Both the position numbers and the translations under genes were made by a program. The notes under the pieces are model-generated. The model did no database searches. It was not told the DNA's origin and saw nothing but the letters and a program-made list of their open reading frames with translations. From positions 992,001-1,056,000 of the forward strand of contig OY820905.2 of the NCBI GenBank assembly GCA_963555755.3: a stretch of DNA of 64,000 nt, written 5' to 3'. Position 1 is the first letter of the stretch, and every line of letters begins with the position of its first letter. Source of the DNA: Nitrospirales bacterium. Lineage in GTDB: Bacteria; Nitrospirota; Nitrospiria; Nitrospirales; UBA8639. Shown here piece by piece: positions 51,589-62,144 of the stretch.

Positions 51589-53484
51589 CTACCCTTGAAT
51601 AAATTGACTGGCAAAGCTCCGAATTTCGTGGCCGTTTAGAACATGAAAGTGGCGCAAGCGGTTGACGGTTTGGCCGGAAAATCGTGAAAGGGGAATGGGG
51701 ATAAGTTGGCGATCAAATTTTCTGGCAATCTTTTTCCAGCGGGACAAGAGCGGGATGGGACTCACAACCGCAATATGTCGCTCCGTTGAATGCAACGCTG
51801 CCCCAGCAATCAACCGATCTTCCAAGGATTGAGCAAAGTCCAACCTCGAATCATCCCATATGTTTGGAATCGATCGTGGAGGAAATTGAAATAACGACCC
51901 GCCATATTGCGACTGACCGATACCCGGTCCAACCATATTTTCAAGAAAGGGCGTGGCATAAAAACATAACGTTGATTCCTGGCCATGCTCCGCATACCAC
52001 GTAGCCTTCCAGGAAAATTTAGCTGGGTCCGCCGGCACTTCAAATAAAAAGACCACAATCTCCACATGGCCACGAGATGGTGGAATATCCTTGACATAAA
52101 TATCGCTCAGCTTCTTTCCACGTTTGGGATTCCAATTACGCAAAGTTTCGCGCATGTCGATTCCATCACGAATTGACGTAGTGAATTTATCAACGCGTGC
52201 AAGATCAGCCCCTAACACGGCCCTGGCTTGTTCACGAACATGAGCGGTAAAACCTTCGATGCGATCGTCCTCTGGTGGCCACGAACATTGGCCAAAGGGG
52301 TTCCACCGATAGGCCCATTGTTGTTTTTTCTGCCGCGTCGGCGTGGGTTTGAGAGATAAAGAACGCCAGGACGATGCCGCCCCCTGCAACCGATTTTTCG
52401 CTCGAGAAACCTCCCCATCCGGTGATTCAAGTTGCTCAATCCCAACCGCATACGGTGGCAATCCAACACTCAACGATTCCGTGTCTTGAAACACATATGT
52501 TTTCGCGGTCTCCAACAAGGTTATGGCGAATTCATCCCCTGCCATTTGCTTGCTGGCCACTACAAGGGTGTATAGATCAGGAGTCAATCGACGTTCAAGC
52601 AAGGTCAGATTTCGGACATACTGCAAAAACATTTGCAGCAGTTGCGGAGTCACCCAGTTGGCTTCTTGAGCATAAGTCGGGGATCGTTTCGCCAACCAAC
52701 GTGTGCGGGATTCAATCAAAAGCTCTTTGATCCCATCAATCGAAAGATGTTCATCGGACCGGGCTTCCAGCCTTCGTTGCTCAAATAATTCGGTCATGAA
52801 TGGCAATTCACATAAAGCAAAATACAAGGTGGATGGCGCCACGGTACACAAAAAGGGAGTATCCGCCAACGGTTCGGGTGAGGTATACGCCCACCGTTGT
52901 TGATACGCATCCCGCAACCAAGGCCAATCTTCGATCGGGCACAGGCAGACGATCGAGGAATAGTCGAGTTCTAATTCATGGAGTTTAAACGCCATCCACT
53001 TGATACGCTCATAACGCTGGCTCTGAGGCTTGGGATACGGCATGAACGGCAGCAATGCGCCAGCAAAGGTTGGCAGAGAAATTTGCTTCAGGGCATACGG
53101 ATCAGGCGATGGAAATGACAGGGGTTCAAATACGGTGACATCGCGATCGATATACTGTCGATCAATGCCTTCCCCCTTCGCCACTCGAAGTGCCATGATC
53201 GTCGGTTGGCATGGATCAATCGGTATATAGCTGCAAGTCGGCTGTTCCTGTTGATCAGGCTCCGGAAGCACCACGAGGCTAATCTGGGGAAGTCGTTGGA
53301 TTCCCTGCTCAACCAATGGCTCAACCGAAGACGGCAACCCAACGGCCAGACAATCGGCTCGTTGCGACAGAAAGAGTTCCCGGACTTCCTGCGCCACATC
53401 GCTACTGGCATGCTGAATGGGGAGGATGCGAATGTGTGAGGACAGTTCGAGAACGGATTCAGCAGTGGGAGAGAGGGATTTCAT
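51589..53484 (-). CDS. Conserved hypothetical protein downstream of MoxR-type ATPase
   Basis: 631-aa ORF; N-terminal LPIQH...CLAVGLP...QYID pattern loosely like ChaN/TIKI-fold proteins; GIDMRETLRNW resembles 'IDxRxTLR' motifs seen in MoxR partners. Confidence 0.75.
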   Translation of the reverse strand: MKSLSPTAESVLELSSHIRILPIQHASSDVAQEVRELFLSQRADCLAVGLPSSVEPLVEQGIQRLPQISLVVLPEPDQQEQPTCSYIPIDPCQPTIMALRVAKGEGIDRQYIDRDVTVFEPLSFPSPDPYALKQISLPTFAGALLPFMPYPKPQSQRYERIKWMAFKLHELELDYSSIVCLCPIEDWPWLRDAYQQRWAYTSPEPLADTPFLCTVAPSTLYFALCELPFMTELFEQRRLEARSDEHLSIDGIKELLIESRTRWLAKRSPTYAQEANWVTPQLLQMFLQYVRNLTLLERRLTPDLYTLVVASKQMAGDEFAITLLETAKTYVFQDTESLSVGLPPYAVGIEQLESPDGEVSRAKNRLQGAASSWRSLSLKPTPTRQKKQQWAYRWNPFGQCSWPPEDDRIEGFTAHVREQARAVLGADLARVDKFTTSIRDGIDMRETLRNWNPKRGKKLSDIYVKDIPPSRGHVEIVVFLFEVPADPAKFSWKATWYAEHGQESTLCFYATPFLENMVGPGIGQSQYGGSLFQFPPRSIPNIWDDSRLDFAQSLEDRLIAGAALHSTERHIAVVSPIPLLSRWKKIARKFDRQLIPIPLSRFSGQTVNRLRHFHVLNGHEIRSFASQFIQG

Positions 53485-53636
53485 GTGGGAAACTCTATAT
53501 CCGAAGCACCAAATCTCAAACACATTCAAAATTCGAAGGTGGGAAAGACCAAACCCTCTAATCAAATTTGGAACATTGAAATGTTGATTATTGGAATTTG
53601 TTTAGAATTTCGATTTTCGTGCTTGTTATTTCTCCC

Positions 53637-54584
53637 CTATCGATCAGGATGCAAGGGGTCCTCCGGTTCAAAAAAGAAATCGCCAAGCCCACGAGGCAAG
53701 GCCTGTTCTCCTATCGCACGTTTTCGTTGGCGGGAGAGTCCCTCCAAATCCAAGGCCTCCTCCCCAAGCACTTTGATGAGGGCCTCACGCCACATACCAT
53801 CGCGTGAAATCGGGTGGGAGGAATCTTGCGCTAACCGTTTGACCGCATATTGGAGAAGATGCATGCCATCCCGCACGGAAAACCCTAAATCCAGTTGATG
53901 GGCCTTCTGCAAAAAATCCACGGTGAGCAGCAGGATATCCTGCGGTGCAAAGGGCAAATGATATTGCAGGATGGCCAACTCATGTTCCCTGGTGGGAAAG
54001 TCCAATTTCAGGGTGGGTTGAAGACGGGATAACATGTAGTCGGGCACTTCATACGTGGAGGCATCTTCATTCATCGTGACGCAACAGCGAAAGTCAGGAT
54101 GCGCTTGGATTTGAATGCCGGCAATCACGGATTCCACACACCTGCGGTGATCCAGGAGGGGTGCCAACGAGGCCCAACTCTTCTCATTCATGCGATTGCC
54201 TTCATCAAGCAAGCACACACTTCCGTTGAGCATGGCTGTGACTAACGGTGAGGCTTGGTAGGTAATCGTCCCACCTTCGGCAATGACCGGGGTAATCAAC
54301 AAGTCTTCTGGTCGAGTATCGGCCGTGCATTGATAAATATACATGGCCTGCTTCCGTTCATGTGCCGCCGACATGGCCAAGGTGGTCTTACCAATGCCAG
54401 GCTGACCAATCACACGGGGGCACAGGGGAAGATCTTTGTCCGCGACCACCAACCAACAGGCCAGGAGCTGTTGCAAGATTTCACGGTCGCCGATCCACTC
54501 TTGCTCAGAATGATTGGGTTGGGCTACGCGTAGGGAAATACCTTCAACTTCTACCTGTCGCGGAGATTTTTGATTGGCTGTCAT
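53637..54584 (-). CDS. MoxR/CbbQ-like AAA+ ATPase
   Basis: Walker [16 protein letters not shown], Walker B LLDEGNR, LLDHRR, HPDFR..TMN. Confidence 0.9.
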   Translation of the reverse strand: MTANQKSPRQVEVEGISLRVAQPNHSEQEWIGDREILQQLLACWLVVADKDLPLCPRVIGQPGIGKTTLAMSAAHERKQAMYIYQCTADTRPEDLLITPVIAEGGTITYQASPLVTAMLNGSVCLLDEGNRMNEKSWASLAPLLDHRRCVESVIAGIQIQAHPDFRCCVTMNEDASTYEVPDYMLSRLQPTLKLDFPTREHELAILQYHLPFAPQDILLLTVDFLQKAHQLDLGFSVRDGMHLLQYAVKRLAQDSSHPISRDGMWREALIKVLGEEALDLEGLSRQRKRAIGEQALPRGLGDFFFEPEDPLHPDR

Positions 54585-54824
54585 CTCACCTCGGAATCAC
54601 ATATTTTGAAAATTCTGTACATATTTTTACCAGAAGACGAAGGTAGCATAGGCCCTACAGCCGGTCAATTGAAGGGATGGACCTACCGTATCTTGGGCCG
54701 GGATCCAATTTGACATTCAAGGATTCTCAATCTATTCTGTCACCCGGTCCCAGTCTTCCAGGGAAGAGTACACACCAATTGAGAAATGATACGTCCACTG
54801 AACAATAGCGGAGGGAATTTGACC

Positions 54825-55445
54825 ATGACCAAATCTCATCATGCAGATGTTACGAAACGTGATCACTCATGGCGAGTCAAGCACATCATCTGCTTGTCGA
54901 TCATCTGCCTCCTGAGCAGTGGTCTGTTTGCGGGCTGTGTCAGCTCAGAAAAATACGAAGCGGAAAAAGCGCGGGCCTTGAACTTTCAACGCCTGTTAGC
55001 CCAAGAAGAAAAGCGCACCGGCGAATTGAATACCCAAGTCCAAGGAAGCAAACGCCAGCTCGCTTCCATCGACGCTCAAAATAAAGACCTGACGATTGAA
55101 CTCGATGCCCTACGGGATCAAATGAGTCGGCAAGACAAAAATATGGACAGCATGGGATCAGATTCGGGGCTATCCGATCTTTCCTCAGGATCGGATTTAA
55201 CCTTATCCGAACCCTCACTGTCGGAATTTGGGCTGAGTGACCTGTCGTTTGATGAATCGGATTTTAGGGATTTTGGTGAAGTGAGTGGAGGCGGAGAGTC
55301 AACGTCGTACACGGTCGTACGAGGCGATACGCTCTACGGAATCTCTAGACAGTTTGGAGTCACCGTGGGGCAACTCAAAAATTGGAACAATATTTTCGGC
55401 GACACGATTTCCATTGGCCAACGGCTCACCGTCAGTGAACCCTAA
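54825..55445 (+). CDS. LysM-domain lipoprotein with coiled coil
   Basis: Lipobox LFAG-C; C-terminal YTVVRGDTLYGIS...LKNWN...IGQRL. Confidence 0.88.
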   Translation: MTKSHHADVTKRDHSWRVKHIICLSIICLLSSGLFAGCVSSEKYEAEKARALNFQRLLAQEEKRTGELNTQVQGSKRQLASIDAQNKDLTIELDALRDQMSRQDKNMDSMGSDSGLSDLSSGSDLTLSEPSLSEFGLSDLSFDESDFRDFGEVSGGGESTSYTVVRGDTLYGISRQFGVTVGQLKNWNNIFGDTISIGQRLTVSEP

Positions 55446-55625
55446 GGACCTGAGAGAAAATAACTTGAACAATTTCGCATCCAATCTTCGGGCCATCTTT
55501 GAACGGGCCTCAATCGAAACACCCTCAACATAGCTGTGCTATGCCTCGGGTGTTTCTCAATCGTTCCGTCCAAATCCAACCCAAATCTAGGCGCGAAATT
55601 GTTCAAGTTATTTTCTCTCAGGTCC
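55446..55625. mobile_element. 180-bp MITE
   Basis: 33-bp TIR ggacctgagagaaaataacttgaacaatttcgc; 3-bp TSD TAA, which is the LysM gene stop. Confidence 0.85.
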
Positions 55626-55656
55626 TAAGCCTTCCCCTTGGTTTCTTTCAACTACA

Positions 55657-55797
55657 GGGCACCTCTACAAACCGTCCTTTTCCGTGATGGCGGCGTCAGC
55701 CGCGTGCTCACATCCTCATGTATTCGCCCATACACTCCGGTTTTCCGCGCGCGGCTTCCTTGCCCTCACAAAAAATGCCGGGTTTGTAGAGGTGCCC
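55657..55797. mobile_element. 141-bp MITE, copy 2
   Basis: Matches 46614-46754; TSD taca. Confidence 0.88.
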
Positions 55798-55875
55798 TAC
55801 AGTCTGTTAGCGAAATGGTCTTGGAAAAAATCATTTTCTTTGACTGGTGAGAGAGGGACCGAGGATTTCAGCTAG

Positions 55876-56035
55876 GAGCCTGTCCGAGATTAGCAATCGT
55901 CACGAGGGTGTGCGGGTTTGAGTCAGATGTTTCGATCGTTTGAGGCGAATAGTGGGACTATTCAACAAAAAGGATCGGAAGATCTGGCCAAATCCCGCAC
56001 ATCCGCAGTAGATTCGGCTAATCTCGGACAGGCTC
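55876..56035. mobile_element. MITE with GAGCCTGTCCGAGA ends, copy 1
   Basis: TIR gagcctgtccgagattag; CTAG duplicated on both sides. Confidence 0.85.
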
Positions 56036-56239
56036 CTAGGCCGAGGTGTTAAATTTTGCCGCGTCTATCACGGACCATAAATGAATGATCCAGCCAAGAA
56101 GCACAAACCACAATGCCGCAGCCAAGACAAACTGAATAGCCGCTCGTCCTAAGCGCCCTTGCAACAGTTGCCCCAATCCCGGAATAAAAAGACTACACAG
56201 TGCTGCGAGTACATTTCCCCCAGATCCCTGACCAGACAT
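56036..56239 (-). CDS. Small membrane protein (SxFIPGLGQ family)
   Basis: AALCSLFIPGLGQLLQGR...HLWSVIDAA; GAGGAG RBS. Confidence 0.8.
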   Translation of the reverse strand: MSGQGSGGNVLAALCSLFIPGLGQLLQGRLGRAAIQFVLAAALWFVLLGWIIHLWSVIDAAKFNTSA

Positions 56240-56271
56240 TGCCGACTCCTCTCCACCCACCAAACCCATTA

Positions 56272-56412
56272 GGGCACCTCTAAAAACCGTCCTTTTCCGT
56301 GATGGCGGCGTCAGCCGCGTGCTCAAATCCTCATGTATTCGCCCATACACTCCGGTTTTCCGCGCGCGGCTTCCTTGCCCTCACAAAAAATGCCTGGTTT
56401 TTAGAGGTGCCC
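56272..56412. mobile_element. 141-bp MITE, copy 3
   Basis: Matches 46614-46754; flanks atta / attg. Confidence 0.85.
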
Positions 56413-56493
56413 ATTGCATGCAGCAACAAAGGGTACACCGTCTTTTTCCATTAGCACTTCCGCACTATCGCATGTTTAACAATCAATATCTAG

Positions 56494-56896
56494 GAGCCTG
56501 TCCGAGATTAGCGATCGTGAAGAGGAGGTGCTGGTTTGAGTCAGATGTTTCGATCGTTTGAGGCGAATAGTGGGACTATTCAACGAAAACGGGAAATGTT
56601 CAAAAAGCATGCCCTCGCGGAGGCGGGGGGCCGTCCAGCAAGGCCGCAGGGCTTCCCGGCCTTCGTAGCCAAAGGCTACTTCGACGGAGTAGCCTTGGCA
56701 CGCGGAGCGTACACGGAGTACGTGAGCACACCAAAAGCCCGAGAACGCAGCTGGCTTGTCTGCCGTAGCCTTGGCGAAGGCTGGCGGCCCCCCGCCTCCG
56801 CGAGGGCATGCTTTTTCAACATTTCCCGAAAAGGATCGGAAGATCTGGCCACATCCAGCACACCCGCAATAGATCAGTCTAATCTTGGACAGGCTC
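56494..56896. mobile_element. MITE with GAGCCTGTCCGAGA ends, copy 2, containing nested palindromic MITE 56590-56828
   Basis: CTAG TSD; comparison with copy 1 shows an insert cgggaaatgtt...aacatttcccg flanked by aaaa. Confidence 0.85.
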
Positions 56897-57085
56897 CTAG
56901 TGTCCTGACTTCAGAAATTCCATTACATTCCGTTCGTGGTAAAAGTTTACCCTGAATGCTCAGGACATGCTTCTTCACCATTCCGGTAAATTTTGGCTAT
57001 ATTCTTCTGGGTGATCGTGCCATAGTACCCCATCAACTTTCGCCATTTTTAACACCCACCATCAGGCGGCAATTACTCCCATCCT

Positions 57086-57661
57086 ATGACGATCTCCCTC
57101 GCCACCGATCCGCAAAAAAAACTGTTGTACATCATAGCATTTTTCGTCGCCCTCTATCTCATGATGGAGATAAGCGGCCTACGATCACAGATCGCGCCTG
57201 GAGCCATTAAAGAGATATTTCTCCGGCACACGGTTTTGGGGTTGTTCTTTTTTTGTCTGGCCTACAGTGTTGGCAACCTGGTGTACATACCAGGTTGGAT
57301 ATTTTTGGTAGGGGCCGTATTTGCCTTGGGGAAAGAATGGGGAGGAATGGCTACTTTCCTGGCAGCACTGTGCTCCGCCTCTATAAGTTTTTTCCTTATC
57401 CGATCAGTTGGAGGAACCGCTTTACGAAGCCGCAAAAACAAATGGGCCGATCGTATTTTTTCACATTTAGATCAACGTCCCATTATATCCGTCGCCATTC
57501 TTCGCTTACTGTTTCAAACTCTGCCTGCCATAAACTACGCGTTGGCTCTAACCGACCTACGATTTCGACACTACATGATTGGCACCCTTATCGGGTTGCC
57601 CCTGCCCATCTTTTTGTACTGCTACTTTTTTGAAACTATTTTCCAGTACCTGCTGAATTGA
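57086..57661 (+). CDS. VTT-domain (TVP38/TMEM64, DedA superfamily) membrane protein
   Basis: IPGWIF...GAVFALG, LRLL, INYALALT..RFRHYMIGTLIGL motifs. Confidence 0.85.
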   Translation: MTISLATDPQKKLLYIIAFFVALYLMMEISGLRSQIAPGAIKEIFLRHTVLGLFFFCLAYSVGNLVYIPGWIFLVGAVFALGKEWGGMATFLAALCSASISFFLIRSVGGTALRSRKNKWADRIFSHLDQRPIISVAILRLLFQTLPAINYALALTDLRFRHYMIGTLIGLPLPIFLYCYFFETIFQYLLN

Positions 57662-57695
57662 ATCACGCCGAGCTACCACGAGAACTATTGCTCCA

Positions 57696-58637
57696 ATGAT
57701 TACCGAATTTGTCATCACCTCAGGCGAAACCCGGAAACGGCTCGATGTATTTCTCTGCCACCGCGAACCGGATATTTCACGTACAGGGATTCAGCGATTA
57801 ATTGAGTTGGGCCGAATCCGACTGAACACCTTCGTCGTCAAACCAAGCCACATCATCAAACCAGGCGACCGCATCACCATGGACACGCCCCAACCAGAAC
57901 CCTTAACCATCGATGGAGAGACGCTGCCCCTTGATATTCTTTATGAAGACGACACGGTACTCGTCATCAATAAACCAGCAGGCATCGTCGTGCACCCAAC
58001 TTCTGGAAATTGGTCAGGGACCTTACTGAACGCTCTCCTTTCACACTTTCAAAGCAATGAAGCAAACCAAAGCGCTAGGAAGGAAACACCCAAACCGGGA
58101 TTGGTTCATCGGTTAGACAAACATACATCAGGGGTCATGGTTATTACCAAAACGGCCGCAGCCCATCGTTCACTCACTTCCCAGTTCGAGCAGCACACGA
58201 TTACTCGGGTGTACGAAGCGTTGATTTGGGGCAAGCCCAAAGACAAAACAGGGGTGATTCAGTTGCCAATCGGCCAAGATGTGAAAAACCACAAATTAAT
58301 CTCACCACAAACCGATCAGCCGAAGCATGCCATCACGGAGTATCACGTGATACAACATTTTGAGGAAACAGCATCGCACGTACGGCTCTCCCCACGAACA
58401 GGCAGAACCCATCAACTGCGCGTACACATGGCATCAATCAATTGCCCAATCTTAGGAGATACCACCTATGGCAGAGAAAAGGTGAGCCACATAGAAGGGA
58501 TTCCCATCCCTCGTGTCATGCTCCACGCACGAATACTAGGCTTTCATCATCCTTCTCTAGGAACCTTCCAAGAATATTCAGCGGACTTGCCCTCTGATAT
58601 GCAGCAAATTGGTCAAACATTAAAAAGCCAATCCTAA
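57696..58637 (+). CDS. RluA-family pseudouridine synthase (RluD-like, S4 domain)
   Basis: RLDVFL, INKPAGIVVHP, HRLDKHTSG, TGRTHQLRVH, ILGDTTYG, LHA motifs. Confidence 0.93.
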   Translation: MITEFVITSGETRKRLDVFLCHREPDISRTGIQRLIELGRIRLNTFVVKPSHIIKPGDRITMDTPQPEPLTIDGETLPLDILYEDDTVLVINKPAGIVVHPTSGNWSGTLLNALLSHFQSNEANQSARKETPKPGLVHRLDKHTSGVMVITKTAAAHRSLTSQFEQHTITRVYEALIWGKPKDKTGVIQLPIGQDVKNHKLISPQTDQPKHAITEYHVIQHFEETASHVRLSPRTGRTHQLRVHMASINCPILGDTTYGREKVSHIEGIPIPRVMLHARILGFHHPSLGTFQEYSADLPSDMQQIGQTLKSQS

Positions 58638-58748
58638 AGCTATCATTTACTGACGACTGAAACATTTCAAAGCTCCTTCGCCCCTGTGGGGAGAGGGTTG
58701 GGGTGAGGGGGCATTTCGCCAAAAGGTTACAACACGAAAATAAATGAC

Positions 58749-59705
58749 TTAACTACCAACTCGTTTAGGATGGTTTGAAACATTATGATGGGGATTCCCA
58801 CGCAAGCTCGAATGCTCAAATCGCTGACCCTTGACATCAACCTTCCAGTGCCAGAATTCGCCGTTCCCCGTTGAGGAAATTTCCGCAAGGATGCGATTGC
58901 CTCGATCCACCGTTACTGGTTTCTCAAGCGGAAAGAACGCCAACCCCCAATGAGAACCTTTATCACTAGGTCCATTCGATATTCGTAACCCAGGCATCAG
59001 GTCGGCATTGAACCAACCAGCCAACCCATGGCACCGTCCTCGGCGTGAGGCATAGAACGAAACCTTGGTGTCAATTTCCGCGTGTTTCGTCTCAGCAAAC
59101 ACAATAGGTTCCACCCGGACAGGCTCACTCAGAAAGGTTCCTTCATGCAACTTCAAAGGATGGAAGTTGTTCACGGTCAGTTCCCGGATTGGAGAGAAGT
59201 CAAACCCTTGGCAGCCATTGATCCAAAAATCGACCACATGCTCATAGAACTGTGGCATCTCAACCGGGACTAAAAATAACTCCACACTATGGGGAATTAG
59301 CTTACCGCCTGGTTTAAGAAACCGATCACGCGCATCGGCCAGTGAACCCAAAATGCCTTCCTCGAATCCGAACGTCCCCATGGTCTCGGTCACAATCACG
59401 TCAGCTTGTTCGGGTAGCTCAACAGCAAAGGATACGTCATTGAAAAAAGTGATTTTATCTTGGAACCCATTCTTGGCAGCGACAAGTTTGGCCATCTCGA
59501 TCACGGCTTCGCTCTCAATGGCATACACATGTCGTGCCCCCGCACGGCACGCCAAAAACGAAAGAATGCCCGATCCGCAACCAATATCGACAACCACATC
59601 TCCTGCCCTAACAACCCTAGAAATCGCCTGACCATAAGAGCCAGTCCGAACATCATCCACCAGCATAGACAGGTGGTAATTAATAAAATCCGTATACTTG
59701 GTCAT
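58749..59705 (-). CDS. Class I SAM methyltransferase, PRMT-like
   Basis: H-x-x-ML-x-D-x-VR, VVDIGCGSGILS, GARHVYAIE, DVIVTETMG...EE, RFLKPGG, HGLAGWF, SHW. Confidence 0.85.
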   Translation of the reverse strand: MTKYTDFINYHLSMLVDDVRTGSYGQAISRVVRAGDVVVDIGCGSGILSFLACRAGARHVYAIESEAVIEMAKLVAAKNGFQDKITFFNDVSFAVELPEQADVIVTETMGTFGFEEGILGSLADARDRFLKPGGKLIPHSVELFLVPVEMPQFYEHVVDFWINGCQGFDFSPIRELTVNNFHPLKLHEGTFLSEPVRVEPIVFAETKHAEIDTKVSFYASRRGRCHGLAGWFNADLMPGLRISNGPSDKGSHWGLAFFPLEKPVTVDRGNRILAEISSTGNGEFWHWKVDVKGQRFEHSSLRGNPHHNVSNHPKRVGS

Positions 59706-59910
59706 AGACGTTCAACAACTCGTGTGGTAGCCCATTGGGTTCCGGACGCAGTCACCCAAGCCTAACGCCTGCTTTGACGCGAAGGCAAGTTACACTTCTT
59801 CCTGTTCAGAGATTATTTCAGATAACCCGGTCAAGGTTGGTTTGACGTATAGTAATAAAAAATGGGGTCAGACTCGATTAAAATGTTAATTCTCCCTCAG
59901 CCATTCTTTA

Positions 59911-61134
59911 TTATTTACCGAGTATTACATACGCCAATTTCCCAACCGCCTCAACAAGTTCTTCATCTGTGGTGAGGATGTCGGGACATATTCGAATGAG
60001 TCCGTCTCTGGCATCGACGATAATCTTGAGTTTCTTGAGCTGAGAGGCGACCGCATCTGCGGATTTATCTGCAATGGCGAGAAATGCACCTCGCCGATCC
60101 GCTTGGCCGATCGGTTGTATGTAGTGTTCTTCCAACAGCTCCATAAGCCGTGCCTGCAGTTTGCGTGAATAGGCTCGTAGTCGATCGACGCCCATCGCTA
60201 AGGTAAACGTCAACCCGGCTTTGGCGTGATAATACGGTAAGATCGGCGGTGTCGACTCAAGAAAGGCATTGCCCCCCTCGGCAAACTGTGCCACCTCAGG
60301 GCGCAGAAATTCAAATGGCTTGGGTTGAGCAAACCAGCCAGTATCGAGTGTCATCAGGGAACCCGTGAGATGGCGGGGGTGCACATACAACCAACAAGCG
60401 CCGGGTCCTCCGCGCAGGTATTTATAACACCCACCGATGGCAAAGTCTGCGCCTAGCGATCCAATATCCACTGGGATCACACCTACGGCATGATAAAGGT
60501 CAACTAACACTCGTGCACCACGTGCCTGTGCTTCGCTAATCAATTGGGAAAGCTCGATTAAATACTGACCAGTGGTGAATAAAACCATAGACACGACGAC
60601 TAATGATGTATTCTGCCCAACTGCCGCGAGAATATCTTCCTCATGATACACACCATGGTCATCAGGCCCGACACGAATCAATTCAATCCGATCACGTTGG
60701 GCATAGACTTTGAGGATATGATCGATGGAGCCAAACTCGGCGGTCGTCGTGACGATTGGGATCTTTTCGTCGTAACAATTCAGGATGGCGCGCAAACCTT
60801 GACCGGCACTGCTCTTAGGAATAATGCAGTCTTCGCGTGGTGCATGAATCAGTTGGGCAATCCGCCCGCGAAACGATTGAATTTCAGCGAGCCAGTTATC
60901 CCAGGCCCCGTCCATATTTTCGTACCAAAGGTCTAGCGCCTGTTGAACATCCGTTGCGGTTTGGTCCGGTGGACGCCCTAAGGAATGATTGGCAAGGTAG
61001 ATCTCTTCACGTTGTAAGACGCGTGAAAACAAGGGATGGATAGACTGAACCAGGGCACTTTCTTCTAAGGGCCCTGACCCAAGTGCAGCCACATGTTCCT
61101 GAATCCCCTCACCCGCCGATTTCAGTACGGACAT
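59911..61134 (-). CDS. kynU: Kynureninase-like class V PLP enzyme
   Basis: [33 protein letters not shown] motifs; overlaps the TDO gene. Confidence 0.8.
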   Translation of the reverse strand: MSVLKSAGEGIQEHVAALGSGPLEESALVQSIHPLFSRVLQREEIYLANHSLGRPPDQTATDVQQALDLWYENMDGAWDNWLAEIQSFRGRIAQLIHAPREDCIIPKSSAGQGLRAILNCYDEKIPIVTTTAEFGSIDHILKVYAQRDRIELIRVGPDDHGVYHEEDILAAVGQNTSLVVVSMVLFTTGQYLIELSQLISEAQARGARVLVDLYHAVGVIPVDIGSLGADFAIGGCYKYLRGGPGACWLYVHPRHLTGSLMTLDTGWFAQPKPFEFLRPEVAQFAEGGNAFLESTPPILPYYHAKAGLTFTLAMGVDRLRAYSRKLQARLMELLEEHYIQPIGQADRRGAFLAIADKSADAVASQLKKLKIIVDARDGLIRICPDILTTDEELVEAVGKLAYVILGK

Positions 61135-61966
61135 CGAAGAGCTCCGGGAAAAAAGTTATATCGAGGGCCTGTTTGAGATATCCGACACCTGAGGACCCGC
61201 CAGTCCCACGCTTATAACCGATGATTCGCTCCACCGTCTTTAAATGACGAAAGCGCCACAGGTGAAAGTTTTCTTCTACATCGACCAACTTCTCACACAT
61301 TTCATACTCGCTCCATTGGTCTTCCGGGTGATCATAGATCTGCTTAAAAACCGGGACGAGCTTCGGATTACGGACATGCGGTTTGGACCAATCCCGCTCC
61401 TGGCATTCTTCAGGGATAGGATACCCGCTGCGAGTGAGGTATCGTAGAAATTCATCGTAAATGCTGGGCTCATGCAGGATCTGTGTAATCTCTTGGTACA
61501 AGGAATCGCTGTACCGAAACACCTCAGCCACTTCCGCGTTTTTATTTCCGAGCATAAATTCAATTTCCCGGTATTGAACCGACTGAAATCCGGAGGCATT
61601 GGCCAACACCTTCCGAAACTGGGCATATTCATTGGGCGTGAGTGTCTCCAATACCGCCCATTGTTCGAATAATTGTCTTTGAATCTGTTTGACACGAGAC
61701 AGGATCTTAAAACACGGGTCGAGATTATCCTGTTGAATATATCCGATGGCGGCCTGCAGCTCATGCAGGATCAGCTTCATCCACAATTCTGAGGTTTGAT
61801 GCTGAATGATAAAGAGCAGCTCATCATGATGAAGAGGATCACTCAGGGGCTTCTGAGAAGACAACAACAGATCCAGTTGGAGATACCCCTCATAGGTCAG
61901 TTGACCACGGAGATCGAGTTTGATCCCCTTTTCAAGACCTGGATTACTTTTCTCAGAATCACTCAT
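61109..61966 (-). CDS. kynA: Tryptophan 2,3-dioxygenase
   Basis: [45 protein letters not shown] motifs. Confidence 0.95.
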   Translation of the reverse strand: MSDSEKSNPGLEKGIKLDLRGQLTYEGYLQLDLLLSSQKPLSDPLHHDELLFIIQHQTSELWMKLILHELQAAIGYIQQDNLDPCFKILSRVKQIQRQLFEQWAVLETLTPNEYAQFRKVLANASGFQSVQYREIEFMLGNKNAEVAEVFRYSDSLYQEITQILHEPSIYDEFLRYLTRSGYPIPEECQERDWSKPHVRNPKLVPVFKQIYDHPEDQWSEYEMCEKLVDVEENFHLWRFRHLKTVERIIGYKRGTGGSSGVGYLKQALDITFFPELFDVRTEIGG

Positions 61967-62144
61967 TCCATCTTTTCCGGGAAAGCCAAATTCGCTTACG
62001 CTGCTCAATTTATTTTGTGATAGCTGGGAACACTTCAGCCCATGCAGTCCCTTCGAAGGTAGAATACCTCAGGCGTCTTATTAAACCAATCAAATACGCA
62101 TTAGACGTCATGTCCATGTATTGCCCCTTTCTGAAGAGTAAACC

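Noticed and set aside
59790..59850. YVKPTL motif upstream of the methyltransferase as a RiPP precursor
   Set aside because: No start codon between the upstream in-frame TGA and the motif; no RRE or other maturation genes.
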